Made by a program: the position numbers and the translations under genes. Under the pieces are notes generated by a model. That model saw only the letters and a list, made by a program, of their open reading frames with translations. It made no database searches and was not told the origin of the DNA. Positions 51,538 to 61,688 of a stretch of DNA of 64,000 nt are shown piece by piece; the first letter of the stretch is position 1; every line of letters begins with the position of its first letter. The DNA comes from Bdellovibrionota bacterium (GTDB taxonomy: Bacteria > Bdellovibrionota_C > UBA2361 > JBGSMV01): contig JBGSMV010000047.1 of the NCBI GenBank assembly GCA_041739995.1, positions 96,001 through 160,000 of the forward strand, in the 5' to 3' direction.

Positions 51538-52524
51538 CTATTCTTGGCTTTCTAACCAACGCTCAGATTCAATAGCTGCCATACAACCACTGCCGGCAGC
51601 CGTGACCGCTTGTCTAAAGATGTGGTCCTGTACATCTCCGCAGGCGAATACGCCCTCAACGTTTGTCGCGGTTGAATTTGGGCGTGGCGTTAAATACCCA
51701 TTCTCATCCATCTCTAAAGCGCCCTTAAACAACTGAGAGTTGGGCGTATGTCCAATAGCGACAAAGAAAGCATCAGCCTTAACCGTTTCCGTGCCACCAG
51801 AATCTGTTTTCTCTAACTCCACGGACTGAACGCCAGCCTCTTTTGAGCCAGTGATGGACTTAGGTGCTCGATTCCAAAGCATTTCTATCTTTGGATTTTT
51901 TAAGACGCGGTCCTGCATGATTTTCGAGGCGCGCAGCTCATCACGACGATGCACTAACAATACCTTGCTGCCGAAGCGAGTAAGGAAATTGGCCTCTTCG
52001 CAGGCCGAGTCGCCACCACCGACAACCATAATTATCTTTTCTCTAAAGAAGGCTCCGTCACAGGTTGCGCAGGTGGAAACGCCGTATCCCATCAGTTCTT
52101 TCTCTCCCGGAATGCCAAGCAATCGAGGTGCGGCTCCGGTAGCTATAATGAGCGCGTCGCAAGAATATTCAGCACTTGAACCTTTGAGAGTGAAGGGACG
52201 TTTTTTAAGATCGACGGAAGTAATTGTATCCACAGAGATTGTGGTTCCAAAGCGCTTGGCCTGGGCTTCCATGTGCTGCATTAGGTCAGGGCCCATGATG
52301 CCGTCAGGAAAACCGGGGAAGTTCTCCACATCTGTTGTGGTAGTTAGCTGACCGCCAGGAAGTGGACCGTGAACCAGTAATGGCTGTAAATTCGCTCGGG
52401 CACTATAAACGGCTGCGGTTAGCCCTGCTGGACCTGAGCCAAGAATCATTACTTTTCGGTGTTGGATTCCCGCTGCTTTGTTTGATTCAGCCTGGCTACC
52501 CTTGTGGTCTTGAGCTGATGACAT
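51538..52524 (-). CDS. trxB: Thioredoxin-disulfide reductase
   Basis: GSGPAG, GGQLTTT, CATCDG, GGGDSA, HRRD, GDVQD. Confidence 0.97.
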   Translation of the reverse strand: MSSAQDHKGSQAESNKAAGIQHRKVMILGSGPAGLTAAVYSARANLQPLLVHGPLPGGQLTTTTDVENFPGFPDGIMGPDLMQHMEAQAKRFGTTISVDTITSVDLKKRPFTLKGSSAEYSCDALIIATGAAPRLLGIPGEKELMGYGVSTCATCDGAFFREKIIMVVGGGDSACEEANFLTRFGSKVLLVHRRDELRASKIMQDRVLKNPKIEMLWNRAPKSITGSKEAGVQSVELEKTDSGGTETVKADAFFVAIGHTPNSQLFKGALEMDENGYLTPRPNSTATNVEGVFACGDVQDHIFRQAVTAAGSGCMAAIESERWLESQE

Positions 52525-52551
52525 GTGCGAAGCTCCTCAGAAGAAAAATCT

Positions 52552-54360
52552 ATGAAGCAAAAGCATAGCAATATAGGCAAGGTCCTCATAGCCAATCGCG
52601 GCGAAATTGCCCGGAGGGTCCAGGCCGCATGCCGCAAGCTAGATATCACCACTGTGGCAGTGGCTTCTGAAGCTGACAAGGAAAGCCTGTTCGCTCGGGA
52701 AGCCGACGAGCTTGTGATGATTGGCCCCCCCGCCCCTAAAGACTCCTATCTATGTATTGAGAAAATCTTAAACGCGGCGCGCTCCACAGGCTGTGACGCG
52801 ATTCATCCTGGATATGGGTTCTTGTCAGAGAGTGCTGAGTTCGCGAGAGCGGTCGAGGACGCGGGGCTAATTTTCATAGGCCCTACCTCTAAGACGATTG
52901 GGTTACTCGGGAGCAAGACTTCAGCGAAAAAACTAGCTCGTGCGGCGAACGTGCCCTGTGCGGCAAGTAGCATTGGGGGGCTCACCGACAAAGAGCTTGT
53001 GAAGGAGGCCAAGCGCATTGGGTTTCCTGTGCTGGTCAAGGCGGTTGCCGGTGGTGGTGGTCGCGGGATGCGCCGAGTGCGAACTGAGCAAGAGCTTGTA
53101 GAGGCACTGCCAAGAGCGCGAGGCGAGGCTAAGAAGTTTTTTTCGAATGAAGACATCTATTTAGAAAAGCTGATCGACATGCCGCGCCATGTTGAGGTGC
53201 AGATTCTTGGGGACTCTCACGGTAATCTTGTGCATCTTGGTACCAGAGACTGCTCGATGCAGAGGAGGCACCAAAAGTTAATTGAAGAGGCCCCAGCCCC
53301 GAACTTGGCCCCAAAACTCCGAGAGCGTCTGCACCAAGCGGCGATAGCAGTAGCGAAGGAAGCGGCATACTCCAATGCCGGCACCGTTGAGTTTCTCGTA
53401 GAAGGCGACCAGTTCTATTTTCTGGAAGTGAACACGCGTATTCAAGTCGAACATCCGGTCACTGAAGCCATTACTGGGCTGGATTTGGTGGAGCTTCAAA
53501 TCAGAGTCGCTAGAGGCGAGAAGCTGCCCTTTGCACAGCGCGATATTGAGTTTAGAGGGCATGCGATTGAGTTTCGAATCTGCACTGAAGATCCTCGCGA
53601 GGACTTTCGGCCAGTAACGGGTCAAATTGATAGAATTGGCGGGCCCGCGTTCCCATGGGTGCGGGAAGACCGGGGAGTGGAGAATGGAACAGTCATTTCA
53701 CCCTATTATGACTCCCTAGTCTCAAAAGTCGTTGTATTGGGGCGCTCACGCGGCGAGGCCATAAATAAAAGCTTAGAATATTTAGATAGTTACGTGCTCG
53801 AACCGCTTCCCAGCACCATTGCCTTCCACAAATGGGCACTCTACAATGCGCGGTTCCGTTGTAGCCCACCAGATATAGGCTACGTCGAACGGGAGTTTTC
53901 TGTTAAGAACGTGTTAGAAGTTGAGGCTTTAGACGTCGAGCGCAGAGTAGTTCTCGAGTCGGGCCGAGGTGACACGCGTCCTTTAGGATACTTAGGACAG
54001 AAGGCTCGCATAACGTCAGTGAATCCATTAGGCGCGGCTCAAAGCGGGAAAACTCCCGGAAACAGCTGTGAAAAACTTCAATTTCAATCGTTTGATTGGA
54101 ATTTGGTGAGTGAGCCTGGATTCGATGGAGTGATTGTGGAAAACGTATATCGTTATCAATCCAAGAAGTTCAATACCTTGTACACCATTGAAGTCTTGCA
54201 CAAACGGGACGGATTTTTCGTGGCCGTTCCGGTGGACTCTGCAGGACGCCGCGCAAAGTCCCAAAGCTGCCGCATGTCGAATGGGCTTAACACCGTGATG
54301 GACTCTCTCATCAATGACGTGCTTGAAATGACGCCTCCGACGGAAATCTTCGCTAATTAA
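52552..54360 (+). CDS. Biotin carboxylase (acyl-CoA carboxylase alpha/AccC-like) with unrecognised C-terminal extension
   Basis: ANRGEIA, HPGYGFLSE, GGGGRGMR, RDCSMQRRHQK, EVNTRIQVEHPVTE, YYDSL; no MKM biotinylation motif. Confidence 0.9.
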   Translation: MKQKHSNIGKVLIANRGEIARRVQAACRKLDITTVAVASEADKESLFAREADELVMIGPPAPKDSYLCIEKILNAARSTGCDAIHPGYGFLSESAEFARAVEDAGLIFIGPTSKTIGLLGSKTSAKKLARAANVPCAASSIGGLTDKELVKEAKRIGFPVLVKAVAGGGGRGMRRVRTEQELVEALPRARGEAKKFFSNEDIYLEKLIDMPRHVEVQILGDSHGNLVHLGTRDCSMQRRHQKLIEEAPAPNLAPKLRERLHQAAIAVAKEAAYSNAGTVEFLVEGDQFYFLEVNTRIQVEHPVTEAITGLDLVELQIRVARGEKLPFAQRDIEFRGHAIEFRICTEDPREDFRPVTGQIDRIGGPAFPWVREDRGVENGTVISPYYDSLVSKVVVLGRSRGEAINKSLEYLDSYVLEPLPSTIAFHKWALYNARFRCSPPDIGYVEREFSVKNVLEVEALDVERRVVLESGRGDTRPLGYLGQKARITSVNPLGAAQSGKTPGNSCEKLQFQSFDWNLVSEPGFDGVIVENVYRYQSKKFNTLYTIEVLHKRDGFFVAVPVDSAGRRAKSQSCRMSNGLNTVMDSLINDVLEMTPPTEIFAN

Positions 54361-54673
54361 GCTGCTCTTCCCTGATCTCTTGATTCTGAAGCTTCGTGGC
54401 TGATAGGAGCTCGTGCGTCGTTTTCGTCTGCTTTTTGGACGAACCTCTCCAAGATGCCCCAACCTTTTTAACTCCCTGAACTTGCATATCACAGAGCGGG
54501 CGTATTGCCTCAACCGCCCGTGCGCATTCTGCTGCATAATCACTTTCGCGTGCGCCCTCTTCGCACCCCTGAGTATAAGAATTGGCGCAATGAGGCTGAG
54601 CGGACAAACTAAGCAGGAATCTTCTTAAAACAGAAATCGAATCGTTCGAATTCTAAAAATTGCAATCTTAGCT

Positions 54674-55441
54674 TCAAGCTGGAAGCCGAAAATACGAAGG
54701 AACCTCCGCGGAAACTGCCATCTCCTTATCCTTGAGCGGATGAATGAAGTTTACCTCTTCAGCATGCAGTAAGAACTGCGGCATCGAGGGGTCTTCCACT
54801 GAGCGACCAAGAAAATCACTGAGTAAGTGCTTGCTGCCGTAAAGAGCATCGCCACATAGCGGGAAGCCCAATGCTGCGGCGTGCGCTCGAACCTGATGGC
54901 GTCGGCCGTTTGAGGTAGTGGCCATGGCGAGGCTGCATCCTTTGGGCGGAAAAGCTTTAATCGGCGAAAAGGTACTCTTTGCAGGTTGCGAGCGCTTAAC
55001 CCCGCGCTGAGAGCGATTCTCGAGATACACTCGAACCTTAGTGCCTCTTCGGTACGGAGAGCCAATCGGCGCGTCAATTTCTTGAGGCTCTGAGAGCACT
55101 CCTTCAAGTAGCACCCGGTAGCGCTTAACCACTTGGCTTCCGGCCAGCGCGGCACGGAGCTGATTCCAGGCTTCGCGAGTTTTGGCACCGAGCAGCACGC
55201 CGCTTGTTTCAAAATCGAGGCGCTGCACAAGCCCAGAGTCTTCCGGCTTTAGACCAACATCCCGCAAGTTTGGAAAAATAATAGCGAGAGCCCCTGCGAT
55301 ACTCTCCTCTGGTTTCTGATCTTCAGCAGCAGAATCGGGGCGTGCCACGGAATGGATACGCGCGGGCTTGGAGACGGCGAAGTATGAAGCGTCTTCCCAG
55401 ATGACAGGGAACGGTAGCCCGGCGAAGGTGAGATCAAACAT
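54674..55441 (-). CDS. RluA family pseudouridine synthase
   Basis: SKPA, QRLDFETSG (catalytic Asp), GRRHQVRAH, GDALYG, LHA. Confidence 0.92.
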   Translation of the reverse strand: MFDLTFAGLPFPVIWEDASYFAVSKPARIHSVARPDSAAEDQKPEESIAGALAIIFPNLRDVGLKPEDSGLVQRLDFETSGVLLGAKTREAWNQLRAALAGSQVVKRYRVLLEGVLSEPQEIDAPIGSPYRRGTKVRVYLENRSQRGVKRSQPAKSTFSPIKAFPPKGCSLAMATTSNGRRHQVRAHAAALGFPLCGDALYGSKHLLSDFLGRSVEDPSMPQFLLHAEEVNFIHPLKDKEMAVSAEVPSYFRLPA

Positions 55442-55474
55442 AGAAAGCCTGTTATTTTAGGGGAAAACCAATAT

Positions 55475-56140
55475 TTAGTGAATCATCATGTCGTCGGGGT
55501 TGTCATCGCCCCCTGCGACTGAGCTTCCATCTTGTGAACGAACTGCAGAAAGTGGCTTTCGCAAGTCGGAAATAACGACTTGAAATTGGGAGGCAAGACT
55601 TCGCTTGTTCACAGAAAGACGTTCAAGAATTTCCGACATCTTCTTGTCGTACTCGTCGAGTGCCCAACGCGGCACGGCCTTCTTACGATTCTTTCCGAGG
55701 GAGTCGCGAGTGGAAGTTGCTTCCATATAAGCTCTCATGAGCTCTCCTCGCGAGTGCACTAAATCTTCAATCACGGCGAGACCAGTAATGGGGTGTCCTT
55801 CCTCTTCAGAGATAGCAATCAATCGCCCGAGGACCCCAATGTGATGTCCTACTACCTGGTCAATGAGCGCTTGGTCTTTGCGAATGTGATCGAAGAAAAA
55901 GGCCGCTTCAATAAGTTTCAATGCTGCCAAGAACTCGCCTTGACGAATCGCGGTATCAGCGCGCTTGAGGTTTTGTTCTCGGCGCTTAAAACGGGCACGC
56001 TCCCCAAGACCACGGGTATTGCCAAAAATAGCAATCCACAAGGACCTGACGAAGGTATAGAGCAGCGCCGCACCCAAAACGGTGAAAATAAGCGCAGGGA
56101 AAAGAAGAGCGATATCAGCAAGCATGAATTTGTTACCCAA
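55475..56140 (-). CDS. Hypothetical membrane-anchored helical protein
   Basis: 221-aa ORF with an N-terminal TM helix. Confidence 0.7.
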   Translation of the reverse strand: MGNKFMLADIALLFPALIFTVLGAALLYTFVRSLWIAIFGNTRGLGERARFKRREQNLKRADTAIRQGEFLAALKLIEAAFFFDHIRKDQALIDQVVGHHIGVLGRLIAISEEEGHPITGLAVIEDLVHSRGELMRAYMEATSTRDSLGKNRKKAVPRWALDEYDKKMSEILERLSVNKRSLASQFQVVISDLRKPLSAVRSQDGSSVAGGDDNPDDMMIH

Positions 56141-56276
56141 ATGGGATACCCTTAGGATACCGTTTAGGCCGACCTAGTTCCAGTGTTCGGATACTTGCGA
56201 CGCGGACGCCCTGTATAGGAGCATAGGCCATAGGCGTACAGGGCCTCTTGGGGCGACAGCGGCTGGTAGGGTTTGA

Positions 56277-56846
56277 ATGACCATGAAACAAGACATCACA
56301 GCACTTTTACAAGAGTCGGCTCAGGTCAAAGCTGCGGTAGCTACCGATCCCGAATTTACCAACACTCTTAGCGCCATAGAGCAAACGTTGCGGGCCACTA
56401 TAGCCTGCGGCGGTACCATCTATGCTTGTGGCAACGGCGGCTCTGCCTGTGATGCCATGCATTTAACTGAAGAACTGGTTGCACGCTTTAAGCGAGAACG
56501 CCCCGGAATTCGCGCCATGCATTTTCTGGATGCGGGCACGCTGACATGTTGGTCAAATGACTACGATTTTCAATCTGTCTTCGAACGCCAAGCGCACACT
56601 TTTTGTAGAAAAGGCGACACGTTGGTGGCGTTCTCGACTTCTGGAAATTCCAAGAATGTGGTCAGGGCGGTTCAAGCTGCCAACGAATTGGGAGCTTCTA
56701 CCATTGCCTTAACTGGGATTGGCGGCGGAGCACTTAAAAATCTCGCGACTCATTGTCTCGAAGTGCCGTCGAAGGCGACTGAGAGAATCCAAGAGGTGCA
56801 TATTACCGTGGTGCACGTGCTCTTAGAGCTTCTTGAGTGCAGTTAA
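56277..56846 (+). CDS. gmhA: D-sedoheptulose-7-phosphate isomerase (SIS domain)
   Basis: CGNGGSA, NDY, STSGNSKNV, RIQEVH. Confidence 0.93.
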   Translation: MTMKQDITALLQESAQVKAAVATDPEFTNTLSAIEQTLRATIACGGTIYACGNGGSACDAMHLTEELVARFKRERPGIRAMHFLDAGTLTCWSNDYDFQSVFERQAHTFCRKGDTLVAFSTSGNSKNVVRAVQAANELGASTIALTGIGGGALKNLATHCLEVPSKATERIQEVHITVVHVLLELLECS

Positions 56847-56980
56847 ATTTACCTCAATTCATGCCCTTAGGCCGGCTATTTATTGCGGGCTTTGGCTTCA
56901 CCGCTTCGTTAACTCACTGAATCTACAGTGACGAACATCACGCAATTTCTGCACACCGAGCCGCTTTCTGGCTGCATCTA

Positions 56981-58399
56981 ATGCAGAGTATGGATTCGAT
57001 CCCTCTAAAAATCCTTGTGGTGCAGGCCCCTCGCCCCGGTGCTTCGCCCTGGCAGCACGTTTTAGGTGACGCCGGGTATGAGGTTACCGCTCTTAGTGAG
57101 ACCAAGCCCGCCGTGCAGGCGCTTGCTTCAGAACATTTCGATATTTTACTGATGGACTTCGGGCTTTCCACGGCGAGCACCCTGGATCTTGTGCGTACTT
57201 GTGCGGCGAACTCACCGCATACTGCGTCCATTGTGGTCGCTGGCGCTGAACACCAAGAGCTCGCCATGCAGGCTTTAAGACTCGGTGCCTCTGATTATAT
57301 CTCCGCCCCATTTCAATCTGACGAACTACTCTGCGCGCTTCGTAAACTTGAGGAGCGCGGGCAATTTAAAGAGAAAGTTCCTGCTCGTCGCGCGAACGCC
57401 GAGAAGAAATACAGCTTCTCCAATATTATCGCTCAGAGCGATGCCATGAAGCAGATCTTCGAAACCGTCAAACGACTGGCGTCTTACAGCACCACTGTGC
57501 TTATTACCGGCGAGTCCGGAACCGGCAAAGAATTGATTGCCCGAGCGCTTCACTACAACTCACCGCGACGAGGCGGTGCCTTTGTTGCGATAAACTGTGG
57601 CGCAATCCCAGAATCCTTGATGGAGTCGGAACTGTTTGGGCACAAACGAGGCGCCTTTACCGATGCCACCAAGGATAAGCGCGGGCTATTAGAGGAAGCT
57701 TCTGGAGGGACGGTTTTCCTCGATGAAATCGGAGAAATGCCACTGCAGCTACAAGTTAAGTTGCTACGCGTCCTACAGGAACAACAGATTCGTAAAGTTG
57801 GAGACGAGCAGGCGGTAGATATTGATATTCGAGTGATTGCTGCCACGCACCGAGACTTGGAAGTAGATGTATATACCAATCGATTTCGTGAAGACTTGTA
57901 TTATCGACTCAATGTGGTTTCCATCCACATTCCTCCCCTAAGAGATCGCCCAGAAGATATTCCGCTGCTAGCCAGATATTTTGTAAAAAAGCACGCCAAG
58001 CGCTTGAACCTTCCCGCCAAGGATCTTTCCGAGCAAGTTTCTGCGGCGCTTATGCGCCATTCATGGAGAGGTAACGTAAGAGAGCTGGAGAATTGTATTG
58101 AACGGGCATTGGTGTTGAGCGAGCAAGAACAGCTAGAAGTCGAAGCGCTGCCGCCTTCTTTAAGAGAAGAATTGCCGGAAGATTCTTCTGAGAAACTTGT
58201 TTGCGACGAAGGAAATCTTTCAATAAAACAGCGCACGCGAGAGCTTGAAGTTCACTTAATTCGTCGAGCACTTGAACAGACCAAAGGCAACCGCACCCAC
58301 GCGTCCAAAATTCTAGAAATCAGCCACCGGGCTCTACTCTATAAACTTAAAGAGTATGGTCTATCAGGCACCAGCGAAGTGGACGAAACGCCTACGTAG
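56981..58399 (+). CDS. Sigma-54-dependent transcriptional regulator (REC-AAA+-HTH)
   Basis: GESGTGKE, GAFTDA, FLDEIGE, RELEN, Fis-type HTH; receiver domain degenerate (VVQA in place of the acidic pair, SAP in place of KP). Confidence 0.93.
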   Translation: MQSMDSIPLKILVVQAPRPGASPWQHVLGDAGYEVTALSETKPAVQALASEHFDILLMDFGLSTASTLDLVRTCAANSPHTASIVVAGAEHQELAMQALRLGASDYISAPFQSDELLCALRKLEERGQFKEKVPARRANAEKKYSFSNIIAQSDAMKQIFETVKRLASYSTTVLITGESGTGKELIARALHYNSPRRGGAFVAINCGAIPESLMESELFGHKRGAFTDATKDKRGLLEEASGGTVFLDEIGEMPLQLQVKLLRVLQEQQIRKVGDEQAVDIDIRVIAATHRDLEVDVYTNRFREDLYYRLNVVSIHIPPLRDRPEDIPLLARYFVKKHAKRLNLPAKDLSEQVSAALMRHSWRGNVRELENCIERALVLSEQEQLEVEALPPSLREELPEDSSEKLVCDEGNLSIKQRTRELEVHLIRRALEQTKGNRTHASKILEISHRALLYKLKEYGLSGTSEVDETPT

Positions 58400-58489
58400 C
58401 AGCTGACCTCGTTCGCCCCATCCCCGCAGTTGCCCTATTTGAACCATGCTTCTAATGTGAATGCTGATTCGACACTCAAGGAGCTGGCA

Positions 58490-59200
58490 ATGGTGAATAG
58501 AAGAACACTTATTCGTAGTGCAGGAGCTGGCATTCTTGCTTCAGCGGCGCTTGGAGTTAGACCAGTGGCAGAGGTGCTCGCGGAAGCTACCAAGCCAGGG
58601 GGAGCTTACAGGTGGGTCTCTAAAGGATTTACACCTCAGTCTCTTGGCAATTGGCCTTCGGATGTCGATCAGCATTTGGCCCTCTATGAAGGCTATGTAA
58701 AAAAATCAAACCAGCTCTTCGAGCAGATGGAAACCGTGAGTCGCGACCCCGCCGAACAGAGCATTACCTACAGCGCGCTTCGAGAGCTTAAAGTTGAATA
58801 TTCATTTGCTGTCGGCGGAGTAAAGAATCACGAAGTGTTTTTTGGAAACCAGCTCTCAGCGCCAAGAAGCAACAACGTACCTGGCAAACGAATGAAGCAG
58901 GCGATTGAGAAGCATTTTGGCAGCGTTGAGCGTTGGGAAGCGGACTTGCGAGCAACCGGGATTTCTGCGCGCGGTTGGGCCTGGCTCGCCCTTGATAGAG
59001 ATACGGGCTCACTGTTCAACTATATTGGTGATGCTCAAAACACCTACCCTATTTGGAACGCAGTTCCCTTGGTGGCCTTGGATATGTATGAGCACGCGTT
59101 CTTCAAAGATTACGGGAAAGATCGCGGCGCATATATCACAGACTTTTTAAAGCGTCTTGATTGGGGAAATGTCGAAAAGCGCTTCACAGAAATTTCCTAG
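58490..59200 (+). CDS. Fe/Mn superoxide dismutase family protein with Tat signal peptide
   Basis: NRRTLI twin-arginine signal; ligands QHLALYEGY, NHEVFF, DMYEHAF; AAGGAG before ATG 58490. Confidence 0.9.
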   Translation: MVNRRTLIRSAGAGILASAALGVRPVAEVLAEATKPGGAYRWVSKGFTPQSLGNWPSDVDQHLALYEGYVKKSNQLFEQMETVSRDPAEQSITYSALRELKVEYSFAVGGVKNHEVFFGNQLSAPRSNNVPGKRMKQAIEKHFGSVERWEADLRATGISARGWAWLALDRDTGSLFNYIGDAQNTYPIWNAVPLVALDMYEHAFFKDYGKDRGAYITDFLKRLDWGNVEKRFTEIS

Positions 59201-59329
59201 GAGTCTGTGACACAGGCACAGACGACGACGTCCCATCGACTTCTTCCTCGTAGCCTGAGCGAAGGGGGAAGCCTTCTCGAAATCAATGGCAGCACAGGTC
59301 CGTGTGAGCGAAGGCGGAGCTTCATCTAG
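59197..59329 (+). mobile_element. Family C element between convergent genes
   Basis: ctaggagtctgtgacacaggcacagacgacgacgtccc...aatggcagcacagg...gagcgaaggcgga...ctag. Confidence 0.8.
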
Positions 59330-61115
59330 CAGCTGCAAGAGAAATCTTAGGATTGAGCCAGTATCCGTGGTCGCCATAGTCGCCGTCGTCCGCATCGAGG
59401 ATTGCAAGAGTGAGGCGACGTACTCCTGCAACCGAGATATCTACTGTCTGAGGCTCTACGCCTGGATGCATATGGAAGGACTTCCATAGAGGTTTTCCGT
59501 CCCCATATAAAGCAAAAAACAGGGAGGTAGGGGCGCCGGTAGACATGTAATCAGGAACAGCTACTTGTGCTGTAAAGTGCGCCACTCCGTTGGGCAGATC
59601 GTACACAAGTCGGCCGTTGGCATGCACGGCGAAGCCGCTATCGTATTGAGTTCCCTTCACGACCAGAGCTTGATCAAATAGGTTGACTCCACCCCTACTG
59701 GGTCTCCAGGTCCACATCACGCGGTCAGGGGTTATTGGACTTGTTTCTGTAGAGTTTTCAACTGGAAGAGAAAGCGAGACCCGGTCAATGCTGACTTGGT
59801 GCACTCCCGCAACCGCAAGTAGTAGAAGCAATCCAGAAAAGGTGACGCCATAGAGTGCCTGACGCCCCGATAACACCGGCCAGCCCTTTATATCCGATGG
59901 TTGACCACAGAGTTGGCGGGGAATTGCTTCTTCGATGTGCTTCTGGCCGTAAAAATGAAGCGCGGCTTCTCTCATTACTAGAATCAGTAAAATTCCGGCT
60001 AAGAGAGCCGCTGATTTTATTTCGAGCAATGGGTGAAAACCTAATACGTTGGTGTACACGCTTAAGCTCACGAGTTGCTGAACAATCGCTATCCAAAACA
60101 ATCGAGGAAAGAGAAAGACGACGGCAACCGACATTAAATCAGCCGGGAAGAAGTAGCGGTCGTGCATCTTAGGTAGGAGGTATGGGAGCCCCAGCATGCA
60201 GACATAGGTGAGCAGCACCCAAGATTGCGCGCTCATGCGCTTGCGCGAGAGTGTGCCGAGCACAACCCAAACAAGCGCAAAGCTTGCACCGAGCATGAGG
60301 CCGAAAGGCACCAACAAATCATACAGCTTGTCAGGAGTCTGCTGAAAAATGTTGCCATCGGAAAACCAGGTGTAAATCGTTGGAGAGTTAGGAGCGAGGC
60401 TGCGATAATATTCTGCCTGCTGAAAGTAAATGCTAAATAATTCTGCAAAGGGGCGACCTGCTGCAGCTGCCGGAAACAGCGCAATCACATAAACGAGAGG
60501 AGTAAGTGCTATGTGCCACGGGCGCATTTCTCGGCGTAACAGCGCCACCACTAAGACAGGCGCGAAGAATAGAGCTTGTAGCTTAAAGCTTAGCGCAATT
60601 CCGAAGCACACTGCGGCCCAATGACCTTGCCGAATGCATAAGTAATAGGTCGCACCAAGGAGCAGCGTCGAATAAACCACATCGCACTGCCCCCACATTG
60701 AACTATTGAGCAGGACTGTTGGTGTAACCAGAGTAAGAAACACCGCGAGTGCTTGCACCAGCGGAGAACGATAGCGAAGCGCCACGATTCTAAGCATGAA
60801 GAATGCGGCAAGAAGGTCAAACAGAATAGACGGAAGTTTAATTATAAAAAACTCTGGTAGTTGATCGGGCAGTAAAGAGGCCAAGCTAAGAAGATAGAGG
60901 TATGGAGGGTTGTAGTTTGAAAAAGCTCCTCCTAGCGCATTGCGTTCCCCAATTTCACGAATGGTATGTAGCCATGGGATTAGGAACGCCTGCATATCGC
61001 CACTGACGTTCGGGAGCAGGAAAAAACGTAGAGCAAGTCCTAGAACAACACTCACAGCGATGCAGACGTGAGCAGTTATTTTAGGGCGGGAAGTGAGCGC
61101 TGATTCGTAAAGCAT
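59322..61115 (-). CDS. GT-C membrane glycosyltransferase (mannosyltransferase-like) with C-terminal NPCBM/NEW2 domain
   Basis: NYNPPYLY, NSSMWGQCD, KLQA, PKMHDRY; C-terminal G.AVHA...GDGK.LW...D.GDH..W pattern. Confidence 0.8.
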   Translation of the reverse strand: MLYESALTSRPKITAHVCIAVSVVLGLALRFFLLPNVSGDMQAFLIPWLHTIREIGERNALGGAFSNYNPPYLYLLSLASLLPDQLPEFFIIKLPSILFDLLAAFFMLRIVALRYRSPLVQALAVFLTLVTPTVLLNSSMWGQCDVVYSTLLLGATYYLCIRQGHWAAVCFGIALSFKLQALFFAPVLVVALLRREMRPWHIALTPLVYVIALFPAAAAGRPFAELFSIYFQQAEYYRSLAPNSPTIYTWFSDGNIFQQTPDKLYDLLVPFGLMLGASFALVWVVLGTLSRKRMSAQSWVLLTYVCMLGLPYLLPKMHDRYFFPADLMSVAVVFLFPRLFWIAIVQQLVSLSVYTNVLGFHPLLEIKSAALLAGILLILVMREAALHFYGQKHIEEAIPRQLCGQPSDIKGWPVLSGRQALYGVTFSGLLLLLAVAGVHQVSIDRVSLSLPVENSTETSPITPDRVMWTWRPSRGGVNLFDQALVVKGTQYDSGFAVHANGRLVYDLPNGVAHFTAQVAVPDYMSTGAPTSLFFALYGDGKPLWKSFHMHPGVEPQTVDISVAGVRRLTLAILDADDGDYGDHGYWLNPKISLAAAR

Positions 61116-61232
61116 CCGAGGCGGGGCCTAAAAGGGTTTTCGGACCCTATTTTGAAACCCTCGGCGGTTCTCAGCAAGCGATGTTTTAACAGGAAGCAAC
61201 TGAGAATGTGCCGGATCGGCGAGTGGTCACCA

Positions 61233-61688
61233 CTAGAAGGGCTCGTTTTTCGCCAACATCGAAACCTCGATTTCCACACTGCCCAAGATAGGCAGCAATG
61301 AGGGATAGCGCGCCGTGAGCAGCACAAATCCACCAGAGAGCCCTGGGTCGTTCGTAGTGCACTGCGGCATAGAACCGGGGCAAACTCTTAGATGACTTGA
61401 ACTCAGCGCAAGTCCGTAGTCTCGACCACGAGACACGAAGACATTGGCAATCGCGTCTAGTCGTGACGCATTCTGCGCAACTCCGCCTGTTACGGCCTGG
61501 CGGGTTGCGGTGGCCACCGCGTGCTGGAGTGCCAGGCGCTGGTAGTGAAACAGCGAGTAGCTGAGCACGCTGACAACGATAAAGAAACAAGCTCCTGCCG
61601 CGATAGAGAATTCGAACGTAAAGGCTCCGTGCTGCTGACGACTGTGTGCAGTTGTTCCGGCATGGGGACGGAAAGTTACTGCGCTCAT
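61233..61688 (-). CDS. TadE/TadG-like pseudopilin
   Basis: QHGAFTFEF prepilin motif plus TM helix, ATRQA, C-terminal KNEPF. Confidence 0.85.
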   Translation of the reverse strand: MSAVTFRPHAGTTAHSRQQHGAFTFEFSIAAGACFFIVVSVLSYSLFHYQRLALQHAVATATRQAVTGGVAQNASRLDAIANVFVSRGRDYGLALSSSHLRVCPGSMPQCTTNDPGLSGGFVLLTARYPSLLPILGSVEIEVSMLAKNEPF

